A stretch of DNA of 33,388 nucleotides, from assembly GCA_040260805.1 (NCBI GenBank), contig JBDQPD010000034.1, positions 1-33,388 on the forward strand, read 5' to 3'. Of the stretch, positions 8,455-17,380 are shown in pieces. This DNA comes from Myxococcota bacterium. GTDB lineage: Bacteria; Myxococcota; UBA4151. The translations under genes and the position numbers were made by a program. Numbering within the stretch: position 1 is the first letter of the stretch; every line of letters begins with the position of its first letter. The notes beneath the pieces are model-generated. The model did no database searches. It was not told the DNA's origin and saw nothing but the letters and a program-made list of their open reading frames with translations.

Positions 8455-10581
8455 CTAGAGCAACCCAATGCGTCCAAGCGGCTGCACGTTGAGATCTGGG
8501 CTCAGTTCTTGAAAGCTCAAGACACCAATCTCGGGAAACTCGAGCTCAACCAACTTGCGAACGAATCGCCGGATATCTTGGGCTGTGAGCAGAACGGGCC
8601 GCTGACTGGTCGGCCCCCGTTGACCGAGCTCTTTTCTCAGAGCCGCCAGGATCTCTTGAGTGATCTCTGGCTCGAGCGCCAAAAAGGAGCCGCTTGCGTT
8701 GTGTTGAATCGAGCTGCGAACGGTCTCTTCAATCTGATTGTCGAGCAAATAGACCACCAAGGTATCCGAACCTCTTGCGGCTCGATGCGAGATCGCACGC
8801 CGCAGCGCCGAGCGAACTTGTTCGGTTAAGGTCACGTTGTCGTTCTCAACCGGTCCCCATTCAGCAAGGGTCTGCAAGATGGTTCTCAGGTCTCGAATCG
8901 AGATCCCCTCTTCGACTAAGCGTCTCGAGATGTCGGTCAACTGAAACAGTGACACCGATTTCGGGATCGTCTCTTTGACCAAGGCGGGATAGAATTTCTC
9001 AACTTGATCGAGCATCTCTTGAACCTCTTGGATGCCCAAGAAGTCCGACGCATTGCGCCGAAGCAGCGCGCTCATATGCAAGACAATAAACCCGGCGACA
9101 TCCCAGCACGTAATCCCGGCGCTCTCTGCCAAGACACGATCTTCCTCACGGATCCAGCACGCCTCGTTGTTCGTCGCTGGGTTCTCCGCGATGCGCGCTT
9201 CGATGCCGAGCAGGCGCATACGGTCGACGACCTCATTGGCTAGCACACGACCGGACTCAATCGAGCCGCGCGCCACCGGGACTTCGTTGATTTGAACCTC
9301 GTATTGACCCTCGGGCAGATTCCCTGCCCGAACCCTCACACCGGGAAACCGAACGCCAAGCTCATAGAACAGCCCATCGCGCATCATCGGGATGTACTCC
9401 CCTAGGAACGCAGAACCGATCTCCGAATCATCGACAAAGCCGACAAGGTCCTCAGACACCTCAAGCACGATCGGAGTCACCGCTTGCAACATCTCGTCGG
9501 AGCGACCGCTTTGTTGTTCGATCTTACGCGTCTCTTCGGCGACTTGATCCTGCGCTTGGCTCGGTTCTGCGCCGCCTTCGACTTGAGGCTCGTTCATCAC
9601 TTTTAGCGAATAACCAATCACCCCCATAAAGATGGAGAGGATGATAAACGGTGCGGTCGGAAGTCCTGGCACGACGGCAAGCACCAACAAGAACGTCGAG
9701 GCGATGATGAACGCTTTGTAGTTGTTCAAAAGCTGAGCGGCGATGTCCTCGGCTAGATTTCGTCCCTCAACCTCACTCGCCACTCGGGTCACCACGATAC
9801 CTGCAGTGATCGAAATCAACAGCGCAGGGATCTGGCTAACCAGCCCGTCACCAATGGTCAGTAACGAGTAGACCTCGACCGCCTCGCCAGCAGCCATACC
9901 CTTTTGCGTGACCCCAACAATCATGCCGGCGATGATGTTGACGATGGTGATGATAATGCCGGCGATTGCATCGCCTTTGACGAACTTCATGGCGCCGTCC
10001 ATGGCACCGAAAAGCTGGCTCTCACGGTTGAGCTCGTTGCGGCGTGTGCGCGCCTCTTCCATGTCAAAGGCGCCGGCTCGCAAGTCCGCGTCAATGCTCA
10101 TCTGTTTACCGGGCATCGCATCCAAAGTGAAACGCGCCGCCACCTCAGCCACGCGCTCTGAGCCCTTAGCGATGACCAAGAACTGGATGAGGGTGAGGAT
10201 CAAGAAGATCACCGCACCGACGACAAAGTTGCCTGCCACCACAAAGTTACCAAAGGCCGCGATGACGTCACCAGCGTCTGCATCGAGCAAAATCAATCGC
10301 GTCGAGCTGACGTTGAGCGCTAAACGGAAAAGCGTCGTGACCAGCAAGATCGTTGGAAAGCTACTCAGCTTGAGCGCATTGGGCATGTACACCGCAACCA
10401 ACAACATCGTCAGCGCGAGGGTAATATTCAGGGTGAGCAAGAGATCGAGGATGAAGGTCGGCAGCGGCAGCACCAACATACCGACAATACCCACGATCAA
10501 CGCCGCGAGAGCGATGTCCGCAAACCGGTTGATATTGGTGACCAGAGCACCCGATCGGATGAGCTGGAGAATCGCCTGCAT
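8455..10581 (-). CDS. sctV: Type III secretion export-gate protein (SctV/LcrD; FlhA family)
   Basis: 708 aa. FPTILLVTTLFRLALNVSSTRLIL, FHIPEP signature KGSERVAEVAARFTLDAMPGKQMSIDADLRAG, GAMDGAMKFVKGDAIAG, TIGDGLVSQIPALL and C-terminal VLSFQEL. RBS GGAG. Confidence 0.9.
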   Translation of the reverse strand: MQAILQLIRSGALVTNINRFADIALAALIVGIVGMLVLPLPTFILDLLLTLNITLALTMLLVAVYMPNALKLSSFPTILLVTTLFRLALNVSSTRLILLDADAGDVIAAFGNFVVAGNFVVGAVIFLILTLIQFLVIAKGSERVAEVAARFTLDAMPGKQMSIDADLRAGAFDMEEARTRRNELNRESQLFGAMDGAMKFVKGDAIAGIIITIVNIIAGMIVGVTQKGMAAGEAVEVYSLLTIGDGLVSQIPALLISITAGIVVTRVASEVEGRNLAEDIAAQLLNNYKAFIIASTFLLVLAVVPGLPTAPFIILSIFMGVIGYSLKVMNEPQVEGGAEPSQAQDQVAEETRKIEQQSGRSDEMLQAVTPIVLEVSEDLVGFVDDSEIGSAFLGEYIPMMRDGLFYELGVRFPGVRVRAGNLPEGQYEVQINEVPVARGSIESGRVLANEVVDRMRLLGIEARIAENPATNNEACWIREEDRVLAESAGITCWDVAGFIVLHMSALLRRNASDFLGIQEVQEMLDQVEKFYPALVKETIPKSVSLFQLTDISRRLVEEGISIRDLRTILQTLAEWGPVENDNVTLTEQVRSALRRAISHRAARGSDTLVVYLLDNQIEETVRSSIQHNASGSFLALEPEITQEILAALRKELGQRGPTSQRPVLLTAQDIRRFVRKLVELEFPEIGVLSFQELSPDLNVQPLGRIGLL

Positions 10582-10690
10582 CGCCGCTCCGTGTGGGAAG
10601 CCATCGATTAGCGCCCTTTGAGCGAATTGACTACCTCGCTCGAAATGCTTTTTGATTGCGTTGTTCGAGTGGGCGAACGATCAACGGTCT

Positions 10691-12316
10691 ATGGCTGACA
10701 CGAACATCATTGAACTCAGACTCCCTGTCAGCACCTCGATGCCTGATGGTTGGCTCGATGCGGTCGATGATTCGATGCTCCGTGAGCTGCTGGTTTCAGC
10801 CGGTCAAGCCCCTCCAATAGGAGCCCTGCGTTTGCTCAAGCGAAGCCTTGATCTGCGCGGTCGGGGTGAGCCGAAGTGGCAATTGCGCATCGAGCACCGA
10901 GAGCCGGCGAAGGGCTCTTATCCTCGTTGGGAGCCCAACAGCGCGCTCGCCAGAGGCGATTCAGTCATCGTGGTCGGCGCGGGGCCAGCGGGCACCTTCG
11001 CGGCCCTCGAGCTCGTTGAACAAGGATTACATCCCATTGTCATCGATCGAGGTGAGCCAGTGCAACCGCGCCGTAAAGCGCTCGCCGACCTCAGCGCACG
11101 CGGCCAACTGCATGAGGACAGCAACTATTGTTTTGGTGAAGGTGGCGCTGGGACCTTTAGCGATGGAAAACTTTATACCCGAGTAAAGAACAAAAGCGGT
11201 GTTCGGCGGATTCTTGAGATCCTCCATTACTTCGGCGCACCCAACCGAATCCTCTTTGATGCCCGGCCCCACGTCGGCTCCAACCGCTTACCTCCACTCT
11301 TGGTTCGCCTCCGTGAGCATTTAGAAGCCCGCGGCGTCACCTATCAGTGGCAGGCAAAGGTGGCTGGCCTTCGGCGCCAAAACGGTCGAGTCTGCGGGGT
11401 TGAGCTAACCGACGGCTCAGTGATCGATGCAGCGGCGGTCGTGCTCGCAACCGGTCATTCAGCACGAGACATCTACAGTCTATGTCAGCAAGCCGACGTC
11501 GCGATGAGCTTCAAACCTTTTGCCTTGGGCGGGCGAATCGAGCACCCCCAAGAACTGATCGATCAAGCACAATACGGAGCCTGGAAAGACCGCCTCGATG
11601 TTGGCGCTGCGGCGTATGCGGTTCGCTGCCAAATCAACGAAGCAGGCGAGGACAAGGGCGTGTACAGTTTTTGTATGTGTCCGGGAGGGTACATCGTCCC
11701 TGCGTCGACGGACCCCGAACGACTTGTGGTCAACGGGATGAGCCTCTCGAAACGAGGTTCGCCTTTCGCAAACTCGGGGTTGGTCGTGACCGTTGATGAT
11801 CAGATGGTGGCACAATGGGCGCAGCAGCAAGGGATCGAAGGACCATCAACCAACGCTTTAGCCGGCATCGCTTTTCAAGACGCCATCGAACAATCGGCTT
11901 ACACGCTTGGCGGCGGTGGTTATGTTGCTCCCGCACAACGAGTGACCGATTTAGTGGCCGGGCGGCGCAGCAGCGACCTGCCCGACTGTTCGTACAAGCG
12001 AGGTGTCGTGAGCGCCGATTTAGGCAACGTGTTCCCAAGCAGTGTGTTTGGATTGATTCAGCAAGCGTTACCGCGCTTTGATCGGCAGGTCGCCGGCTAC
12101 TTCAGCAAGGAGGCTATTTTGGTCGCCACCGAGAGTCGATCGTCCTCACCCGTTCGGATCGAGCGCGACTCGGATCGCTGCGAGAGCCCAAGTCACCCTG
12201 GCTTGTTTCCTTGTGGTGAAGGCGCCGGCCAAGCTGGAGGAATCGTCAGCGCTGCCTTAGACGGTTTGCGAGTTGCCCATGCGGTGCACTCATCACTAGG
12301 AGGATCGAGCCGGTGA
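10691..12316 (+). CDS. FAD-dependent oxidoreductase (uncharacterised NAD(P)/FAD dehydrogenase family)
   Basis: VIVVGAGPAG dinucleotide-binding motif, FGEGGAGTFSDGKL, SFCMCPGG and GEGAGQAGGIVSAALDG. I prefer the ATG at 10691 to the TTG at 10652. Confidence 0.85.
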   Translation: MADTNIIELRLPVSTSMPDGWLDAVDDSMLRELLVSAGQAPPIGALRLLKRSLDLRGRGEPKWQLRIEHREPAKGSYPRWEPNSALARGDSVIVVGAGPAGTFAALELVEQGLHPIVIDRGEPVQPRRKALADLSARGQLHEDSNYCFGEGGAGTFSDGKLYTRVKNKSGVRRILEILHYFGAPNRILFDARPHVGSNRLPPLLVRLREHLEARGVTYQWQAKVAGLRRQNGRVCGVELTDGSVIDAAAVVLATGHSARDIYSLCQQADVAMSFKPFALGGRIEHPQELIDQAQYGAWKDRLDVGAAAYAVRCQINEAGEDKGVYSFCMCPGGYIVPASTDPERLVVNGMSLSKRGSPFANSGLVVTVDDQMVAQWAQQQGIEGPSTNALAGIAFQDAIEQSAYTLGGGGYVAPAQRVTDLVAGRRSSDLPDCSYKRGVVSADLGNVFPSSVFGLIQQALPRFDRQVAGYFSKEAILVATESRSSSPVRIERDSDRCESPSHPGLFPCGEGAGQAGGIVSAALDGLRVAHAVHSSLGGSSR

Positions 12317-13014
12317 ACCTGGTCATCTGGACGAGTCTTTTGTTTGGAGCGCCAGCGGCTCCTTCGGTAACCCAGCCCGCAACATGGGCTGATGCAGGCG
12401 TCGTCGCCGGGGCGACCGCGGCGTACTTCACGATCCATGCGCGTCAAAAGCCCTTCTTTGAATGGGATTGGGAGGGCACGACCACCGACGAGAAGTTCTC
12501 GGAAGATACGGTGCCTACGTCTTCATTTTACGCATGGGGCGGTGTCTTAGCGCTCGCTTCAGGGCTTGAGTCTGGCAGTCGAGAGGCTGCCGCGGCTGCG
12601 CAGACCTTCAGCCTGACGGGTCTGACTACGGAAATTCTCAAATACAGTTTCGGGCGACCACGTCCGGACTTCGATGATCGAATGCAAAGGGTCGCCTCGA
12701 CGGGCGATGCAAAGCTTGAGCGCGACGCCAAACTGAGCATGCCCTCAGGCCATGCTTCGTCCGCATTTGGTTTAGCGCTTCACACAGGAATGTGGCTGCA
12801 TCGAGCAGCCTGTCGACGGGGCTGGAGCGGCGCCGCCATAACTTCTGGTTATGCGGTACCCTTCGTTCTAGCCTCGGCGATCGGATGGAGCCGGATCACA
12901 GACCATCGCCACAACCTAAGTGACGTGATCGCTGGAGCTGGGCTAGGCCTCGGGGTCGCCTACGGAGTAAACCGCTGGCAGTTCGGTCAGGGCACGGGCT
13001 GCACGCAACCGTAG
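12313..13014 (+). CDS. PAP2 family phosphatase
   Basis: All three PAP2 motifs are present: KYSFGRPRP, SMPSGH and SRITDHRHNLSDV. GTGA overlap with the upstream gene and RBS AGGAGG. Confidence 0.88.
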   Translation: MNLVIWTSLLFGAPAAPSVTQPATWADAGVVAGATAAYFTIHARQKPFFEWDWEGTTTDEKFSEDTVPTSSFYAWGGVLALASGLESGSREAAAAAQTFSLTGLTTEILKYSFGRPRPDFDDRMQRVASTGDAKLERDAKLSMPSGHASSAFGLALHTGMWLHRAACRRGWSGAAITSGYAVPFVLASAIGWSRITDHRHNLSDVIAGAGLGLGVAYGVNRWQFGQGTGCTQP

Positions 13015-13066
13015 ACGAAGAGGCGATCGGGCTGCTACCGGCTGTCTGCAAGCGAAGGAGCTGCTC

Positions 13067-13312
13067 ATGGATTCTGAGGTGATCAAAGCACGCCTGCTCG
13101 AGGCTTTCCCAGGTTCTGAGGTGATCTTAGCGGATCTCACCGGAACCCGGGACCACTGGAGCTGCCGGATCGTCGCAGAAGCTTTTGATGGCCTCAGCCC
13201 AATCCAGCGACACCAAAAAGTCTACGCCGCTTTGGGCGACTGGATCCTCGGTGATTCGGCACCAATCCATGCGCTCCAACTTGCTACCTACACACCACAA
13301 GAAACAGCCTAA
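13067..13312 (+). CDS. bolA: BolA/IbaG family protein
   Basis: 81 aa with DHW..IVAEAFDGLSPIQRHQKVYAAL...IHALQL. RBS AAGGAG. Adjacent to grxD. Confidence 0.9.
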   Translation: MDSEVIKARLLEAFPGSEVILADLTGTRDHWSCRIVAEAFDGLSPIQRHQKVYAALGDWILGDSAPIHALQLATYTPQETA

Positions 13313-13325
13313 GAAGGTCTTAATC

Positions 13326-13640
13326 ATGAGTCGAAACGTTCAAGAAGAGCTCAAGCAAGTCATCGATGCCAACGCAGTGCTCCTGTTTATGAAAGGCAAC
13401 CGTGACATGCCACAATGCGGTTTCTCGGCTCGGGTCATCGAGATCCTCAACAGCTGCGACGTTGAGTATTCGACGGTCGATATCCTCCGCGACCCGGAGG
13501 TCCGCCAAGGGATCAAAGTCTTTAGCAACTGGCCCACGCTGCCCCAACTTTATATCAGCGGCGAGTTTGTTGGGGGCTGTGATATCGTCACGGACCTGCA
13601 CCTGAGTGGGCAGCTCGAGACGATGCTATCTGCTCAATAG
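13326..13640 (+). CDS. grxD: Monothiol glutaredoxin (Grx4)
   Basis: LFMKG...PQCGFS active site and WPTLPQLYISGEFVGGCDI. The likely start is the ATG at 13326, not 13185. Confidence 0.93.
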   Translation: MSRNVQEELKQVIDANAVLLFMKGNRDMPQCGFSARVIEILNSCDVEYSTVDILRDPEVRQGIKVFSNWPTLPQLYISGEFVGGCDIVTDLHLSGQLETMLSAQ

Positions 13641-13647
13641 AGCAGCC

Positions 13648-15843
13648 TTAGGACTCTTCAATACCGTACGCCTGGTACCCGTAATACGGGGAGTACGAGC
13701 GGTATCGTCCGTAGTACCCGTAGCTCCGATAGCCATACCCTCGATAACCATAGCCGTAGCCACCGCCACGGTGCCGCTGACCGTTGAAGATAAAGCCCAT
13801 GAGTTTGGCGCGTCCCGAGCTCAGGCGCTCCAAGCACATCGCCAGATCGCGTTTGCCTGTTTGCCCCTCACGGACAACCAAGATCAGTCCATCCGTGCAG
13901 TTGGCAAGGATCACCGAGTCGGTGACCAAATTGACCGGTGGCGTGTCAAAGACCAGCAAGTCAAACTCTTCAAGCAGCCGATCACGCATGGCGCGGAACG
14001 CCTCTGAGTGAAGTAACTCAGCAGGGTTCGGCGGGTGGGCACCGGTCGAGAGCAGCTGTAGATTCTCGATCTCAGTGTCCTGACAGCACTCATCGACCGT
14101 GGCCTGATGCATCATCAAATCGACGACGCCACGTTCGTTTTCACGATCAAACACGCGGTGCAAACGTCCACGGCGCAGATCGGTATCAACGATCAAAACC
14201 CGCTTACCCGACTGCGCCATCACGACCGCAAGACTCACTGCGTTGAAGGTCTTACCATCCTTTGGCGAAGGGCTCGTGATGCTCAGCGTGCGTGGCGGGT
14301 GATCGACACGCATGAAGAGCAAGTTCGAGCGAATCGATCGAAACTGTTCTGCGAGATTCGATCGCGGCTGGTTAGCCACCGCCAGGTCAGGCATCTCAAT
14401 GGGCTTGCGCAGATTATCGACGATGCCGATCAGCGGCACATTACCCATACGCCGAACTTGATCCGGACCCTTGAGCGTCGTCTGAGCGAGCTCGGTGACC
14501 AAGCCGATCAGCGCACCCAGAAACAAACCTAGGACAAAACCCACAGCGGTGATCAGTTTCCCGTTAGGACCTACCGGACTCACCGGGACCGCCGCGTGGT
14601 CAAGAATCTGCACGTTGTTGGTGTCTAATCGGACCGCCATACCCGTCGTGAGCAATTGGTCTGCTACCGAAGAGAGCATCTTTTGGATGTTGGCTTGGCG
14701 ATGTTCAAGGCGAGCGAAGGTTTGCTCAAGAGCGTTGATGTTGAGGACCTCACCTCGACCGCTCTGCAGCCTAGCGAGCACTCTACTTCTTTGTTTCCTC
14801 ACCGACTCAAGTTCGGACCGCTGAGCCATCACGGTCCCCTCGATCATCCCATCACGACCAGCAACCAAAGCTCCGATGCGACGCTCGGACTCTTTGATCA
14901 CCGGGTGCTCAGCGTTGTATCGAGCCTGCTGTCTCGCAAGCTCAGCGCGCGCTGCGAGCAGCTCGGTTTGGACACCCATGATCGGACTGCGCTCATCATT
15001 TGCTTTGATCAGCGCCGCCGTCTTGCCGTCAGCGTTCATGCCATCAAGCGCAGAGAGCTCTTCATTCAGTTTTGAGCTCAAAATGCTCAAACGGTCGGCC
15101 TCTTCTTGAAGACGAGATAAGCTAGCCCACCGGAGCGTGCGGCTATTTTCTGTATCCGCCGACAGCAAGCCTTCGCTTCGCTTAAACTCATCAATTTCAG
15201 TCTCGACGCTGCTCAGTTCTCCCCGCAATCGCTTCTCTTCAGTTTGCAACCAAAGATGCGCTCTTTTCTGAGCCGTGGTTCGTTGAGATGACGATTTACC
15301 GACATATTCCTCGGCAAACGCGTGAACGATTTCTGCGGTCAAAAGAGGGTCATGATGATCAAAGGTCAGCCGGATCACACGAGCGAACCGCTCTCGCGAG
15401 ATACCGAAAGCGCTGCGCAATTCGGACAGCGTTGCTTCCATCACCTGGCTTGGCGTGGCGTTCGGCTCAAGGTTCGATAAACTTTTTCGCCACTTCGCAT
15501 TTTCAACCAGCTTGAGTCGGTTTTGAACTCGCTCCGTCAGGTCACGAGACTGTAAAACCTGCATCTGCGTCGCAAAGAACTCACGGGTGTTGTAGGTGCT
15601 GTAGTTCGATGCGTTGGGGTCCTTGTCCCGAACCTCTTTGAGAACGCTCTGCGTGTGAACTTCGGCGAGCACAGTCGTCTGCGCCTGGTAAATCTTGGGT
15701 AAGGTACGAAAGTATAAGAAGCCGAAAACTGCGCCGATTGCAGCGAGTGGAATGATCAGGGGCAACCAACGTAAAAAGAAATCGACCAGCTCACTGCCGC
15801 CCTCTTCCTCTTCGATGGTAAAATCGAGAAGCTCCTCTTCCAC
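13648..15843 (-). CDS. wzc: Polysaccharide co-polymerase / BY-kinase (Wzc-like tyrosine autokinase)
   Basis: Two TM segments flank a coiled-coil periplasmic domain. Cytoplasmic motifs EQFRSIRSNL, Walker A SPSPKDGKT, A' IVDTDLRRG, PPNPAELL and Walker B VFDTPP, followed by a Tyr-rich tail. Confidence 0.9.
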   Translation of the reverse strand: MEEELLDFTIEEEEGGSELVDFFLRWLPLIIPLAAIGAVFGFLYFRTLPKIYQAQTTVLAEVHTQSVLKEVRDKDPNASNYSTYNTREFFATQMQVLQSRDLTERVQNRLKLVENAKWRKSLSNLEPNATPSQVMEATLSELRSAFGISRERFARVIRLTFDHHDPLLTAEIVHAFAEEYVGKSSSQRTTAQKRAHLWLQTEEKRLRGELSSVETEIDEFKRSEGLLSADTENSRTLRWASLSRLQEEADRLSILSSKLNEELSALDGMNADGKTAALIKANDERSPIMGVQTELLAARAELARQQARYNAEHPVIKESERRIGALVAGRDGMIEGTVMAQRSELESVRKQRSRVLARLQSGRGEVLNINALEQTFARLEHRQANIQKMLSSVADQLLTTGMAVRLDTNNVQILDHAAVPVSPVGPNGKLITAVGFVLGLFLGALIGLVTELAQTTLKGPDQVRRMGNVPLIGIVDNLRKPIEMPDLAVANQPRSNLAEQFRSIRSNLLFMRVDHPPRTLSITSPSPKDGKTFNAVSLAVVMAQSGKRVLIVDTDLRRGRLHRVFDRENERGVVDLMMHQATVDECCQDTEIENLQLLSTGAHPPNPAELLHSEAFRAMRDRLLEEFDLLVFDTPPVNLVTDSVILANCTDGLILVVREGQTGKRDLAMCLERLSSGRAKLMGFIFNGQRHRGGGYGYGYRGYGYRSYGYYGRYRSYSPYYGYQAYGIEES

Positions 15844-15926
15844 CTAATCCACCCCTTTGACCGTTTAGCCGACGCCCCATAGATCAGAGGCCATACCAAC
15901 TCAATCATTATTGGGGGTAATCGAGC

Positions 15927-16703
15927 GTGTCGCAAACCTTTGGCCTAGGCTCTTTGCTGAGCCGGCAAAATAATGAAGACCGGAAAGACACTCTAAGGGT
16001 GTGGCGAATTGCCCTGGGCGTCACCCTCGCCATCGGACTCGCCAAACACTTCCCCTTTGCGGTGGGTCTCGCAGGATTAGCGGCTGCCGCGGCACAGTTA
16101 GTGATTCCACTGCGCTATGCGCTGACCAGCGCTGAAGGCGATGACGGCATCGGTTATTCGTTCGCCGGTTTGGGCAAAGACTTGCCCCTAGTGCTCGGTA
16201 TTTTGGTCGTGACGCTGGTCCCGTTTTGGTTCGCTCATGAGCTGTGGTGGACGGCGCTGGGTGTCGCCGATGGAACCGGCTCACAGCTGGCGATACCCGA
16301 TGGCGATGCCGCCGTTTGGCTCACCGCGCGCATCAGCGCTGACCCCTTTCTTCTCAGCGTCTTATCGCTGACCGAGCTGCTCGCAATTCATCTGCTGGGC
16401 GTGGCGCTGCCCGAAGAGCTCTTCTACCGAGGGTTTCTGCAACCGAAACTGTGCCGCAGCTTCGAGGACAAACCGCTGGCTCTCGGCTTGGTCTGGAATC
16501 ACGGCATCGCCATCGCCGCAGGGCTGTTCGCGCTGGCTCACTTTTTAGGCGAATACAATCCCGCACGCTTGGGGCCGTTCTTCCCTGCGCTGATCCTAGG
16601 TATGCTGCGTCGCCGAAGTGGCAGCGTGGCCAGCGCCGTCGTGCTGCACGCAGCGTTCAATGTGTTCGGCGCTCTTTTGTTCGCCGGGATCGCGTTGCGG
16701 TAA
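15927..16703 (+). CDS. CPBP (Rce1/CAAX-like) glutamic intramembrane protease, myxosortase-like
   Basis: Motifs LPEELFYRGFLQ, FALAH and HAAFN. The segment RLGPFFPALILGMLRRRSGS resembles the myxosortase subfamily as I recall it. Confidence 0.85.
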   Translation: MSQTFGLGSLLSRQNNEDRKDTLRVWRIALGVTLAIGLAKHFPFAVGLAGLAAAAAQLVIPLRYALTSAEGDDGIGYSFAGLGKDLPLVLGILVVTLVPFWFAHELWWTALGVADGTGSQLAIPDGDAAVWLTARISADPFLLSVLSLTELLAIHLLGVALPEELFYRGFLQPKLCRSFEDKPLALGLVWNHGIAIAAGLFALAHFLGEYNPARLGPFFPALILGMLRRRSGSVASAVVLHAAFNVFGALLFAGIALR

Positions 16704-16719
16704 AAAATGGAGCGTGCGC

Positions 16720-16746
16720 GGGAATAGATCTCCGAGCGCCATCGTT
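16720..16746 (+). promoter_or_regulatory. Putative SigR/SigH-type ECF promoter GGGAAT-N18-GTT
   Basis: GGAAT at 16721-16725, then exactly 18 nt, then GTT at 16744-16746. It ends 34 nt before the ATG of a SigR/SigH-like sigma gene. Confidence 0.65.
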
Positions 16747-16780
16747 CGATTGGTGTATCCTATGCTTGTGGGGATTAATC

Positions 16781-17380
16781 ATGGGTCTGTTTAACACTCG
16801 ACGACAACGCTTTGAGCGCGAGGCAATGGTCCACGCGGACGCCTTGTACGGGACAGCGATGCGGCTGACCCGCAACCCAGATTCGGCTCAAGACCTGGTG
16901 CAGGAGACCTACCTTAAAGCGTTCAAGCACTTCGATTCGCTGCGTCCAGACAGTAACCTGAAGGCGTGGCTCACTCGGGTGATGACCAACACCTTTATCA
17001 ATCAATATCGTCGCAAACAGGTTCGCCATAGGTCGCAGGAGCTCTACGACCAAGACTGGTTGAACGAACGTGTAGGCAGCACCTGGGCACGCGACGCCGC
17101 CAAACGACCGGGGCAAAAGGTTGTTGACCGCTTTGTTCGAGACAAACTGAACGATGCGGTAGCTGCTTTGCCCGACCCGTACCGCCAAGTGTTGCTGCTC
17201 GCTGATGTCGAGGAGCTGGCGTATAAAGAGGTCGCTAAGACCTTGGATATACCGATCGGAACGGTGATGAGCCGACTGCACCGAGCGCGAAGAAAATTGC
17301 GTGAGTTGTTGTCTGAGTATGCTCAAATCGAGGGCGAGGCTAAGGTGACTGAGTTTACACCAAGGAGGCACCAAGGATGA
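16781..17380 (+). CDS. ECF RNA polymerase sigma factor, SigR/SigH-like
   Basis: Region 2 LYGTAMRLTRNPDSAQDLVQETYLKAF...NLKAWLTRVMTNTFINQYRR and region 4 YKEVAKTLDIPIGTVMSRLHRAR. The start is the ATG at 16781; the track's extension to 16451 overlaps the protease. Confidence 0.92.
   Translation: MGLFNTRRQRFEREAMVHADALYGTAMRLTRNPDSAQDLVQETYLKAFKHFDSLRPDSNLKAWLTRVMTNTFINQYRRKQVRHRSQELYDQDWLNERVGSTWARDAAKRPGQKVVDRFVRDKLNDAVAALPDPYRQVLLLADVEELAYKEVAKTLDIPIGTVMSRLHRARRKLRELLSEYAQIEGEAKVTEFTPRRHQG

Noticed and set aside
9908..10621. 237-aa plus-strand ORF
   Set aside because: Antisense shadow of the sctV transmembrane region, with no recognisable motifs.
10622..10635. GG-N10-GC spacing on the minus strand upstream of sctV (possible sigma54 promoter)
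   Set aside because: Only the two dinucleotides match and the TGGCAC and TTGC context is missing, so it is expected by chance.
12985..13014. C-terminal GTGC in the PAP2 protein as a possible MYXO-CTERM signal
   Set aside because: It is not followed by the hydrophobic helix and Arg cluster that the sorting signal requires.
13185..13325. N-terminal extension of grxD
   Set aside because: It overlaps bolA, and the glutaredoxin fold starts at the ATG at 13326.
16451..16780. 110-aa N-terminal extension of the ECF sigma in the ORF track
   Set aside because: It overlaps the protease gene in another frame. Sigma homology and the promoter motif point to the ATG at 16781.
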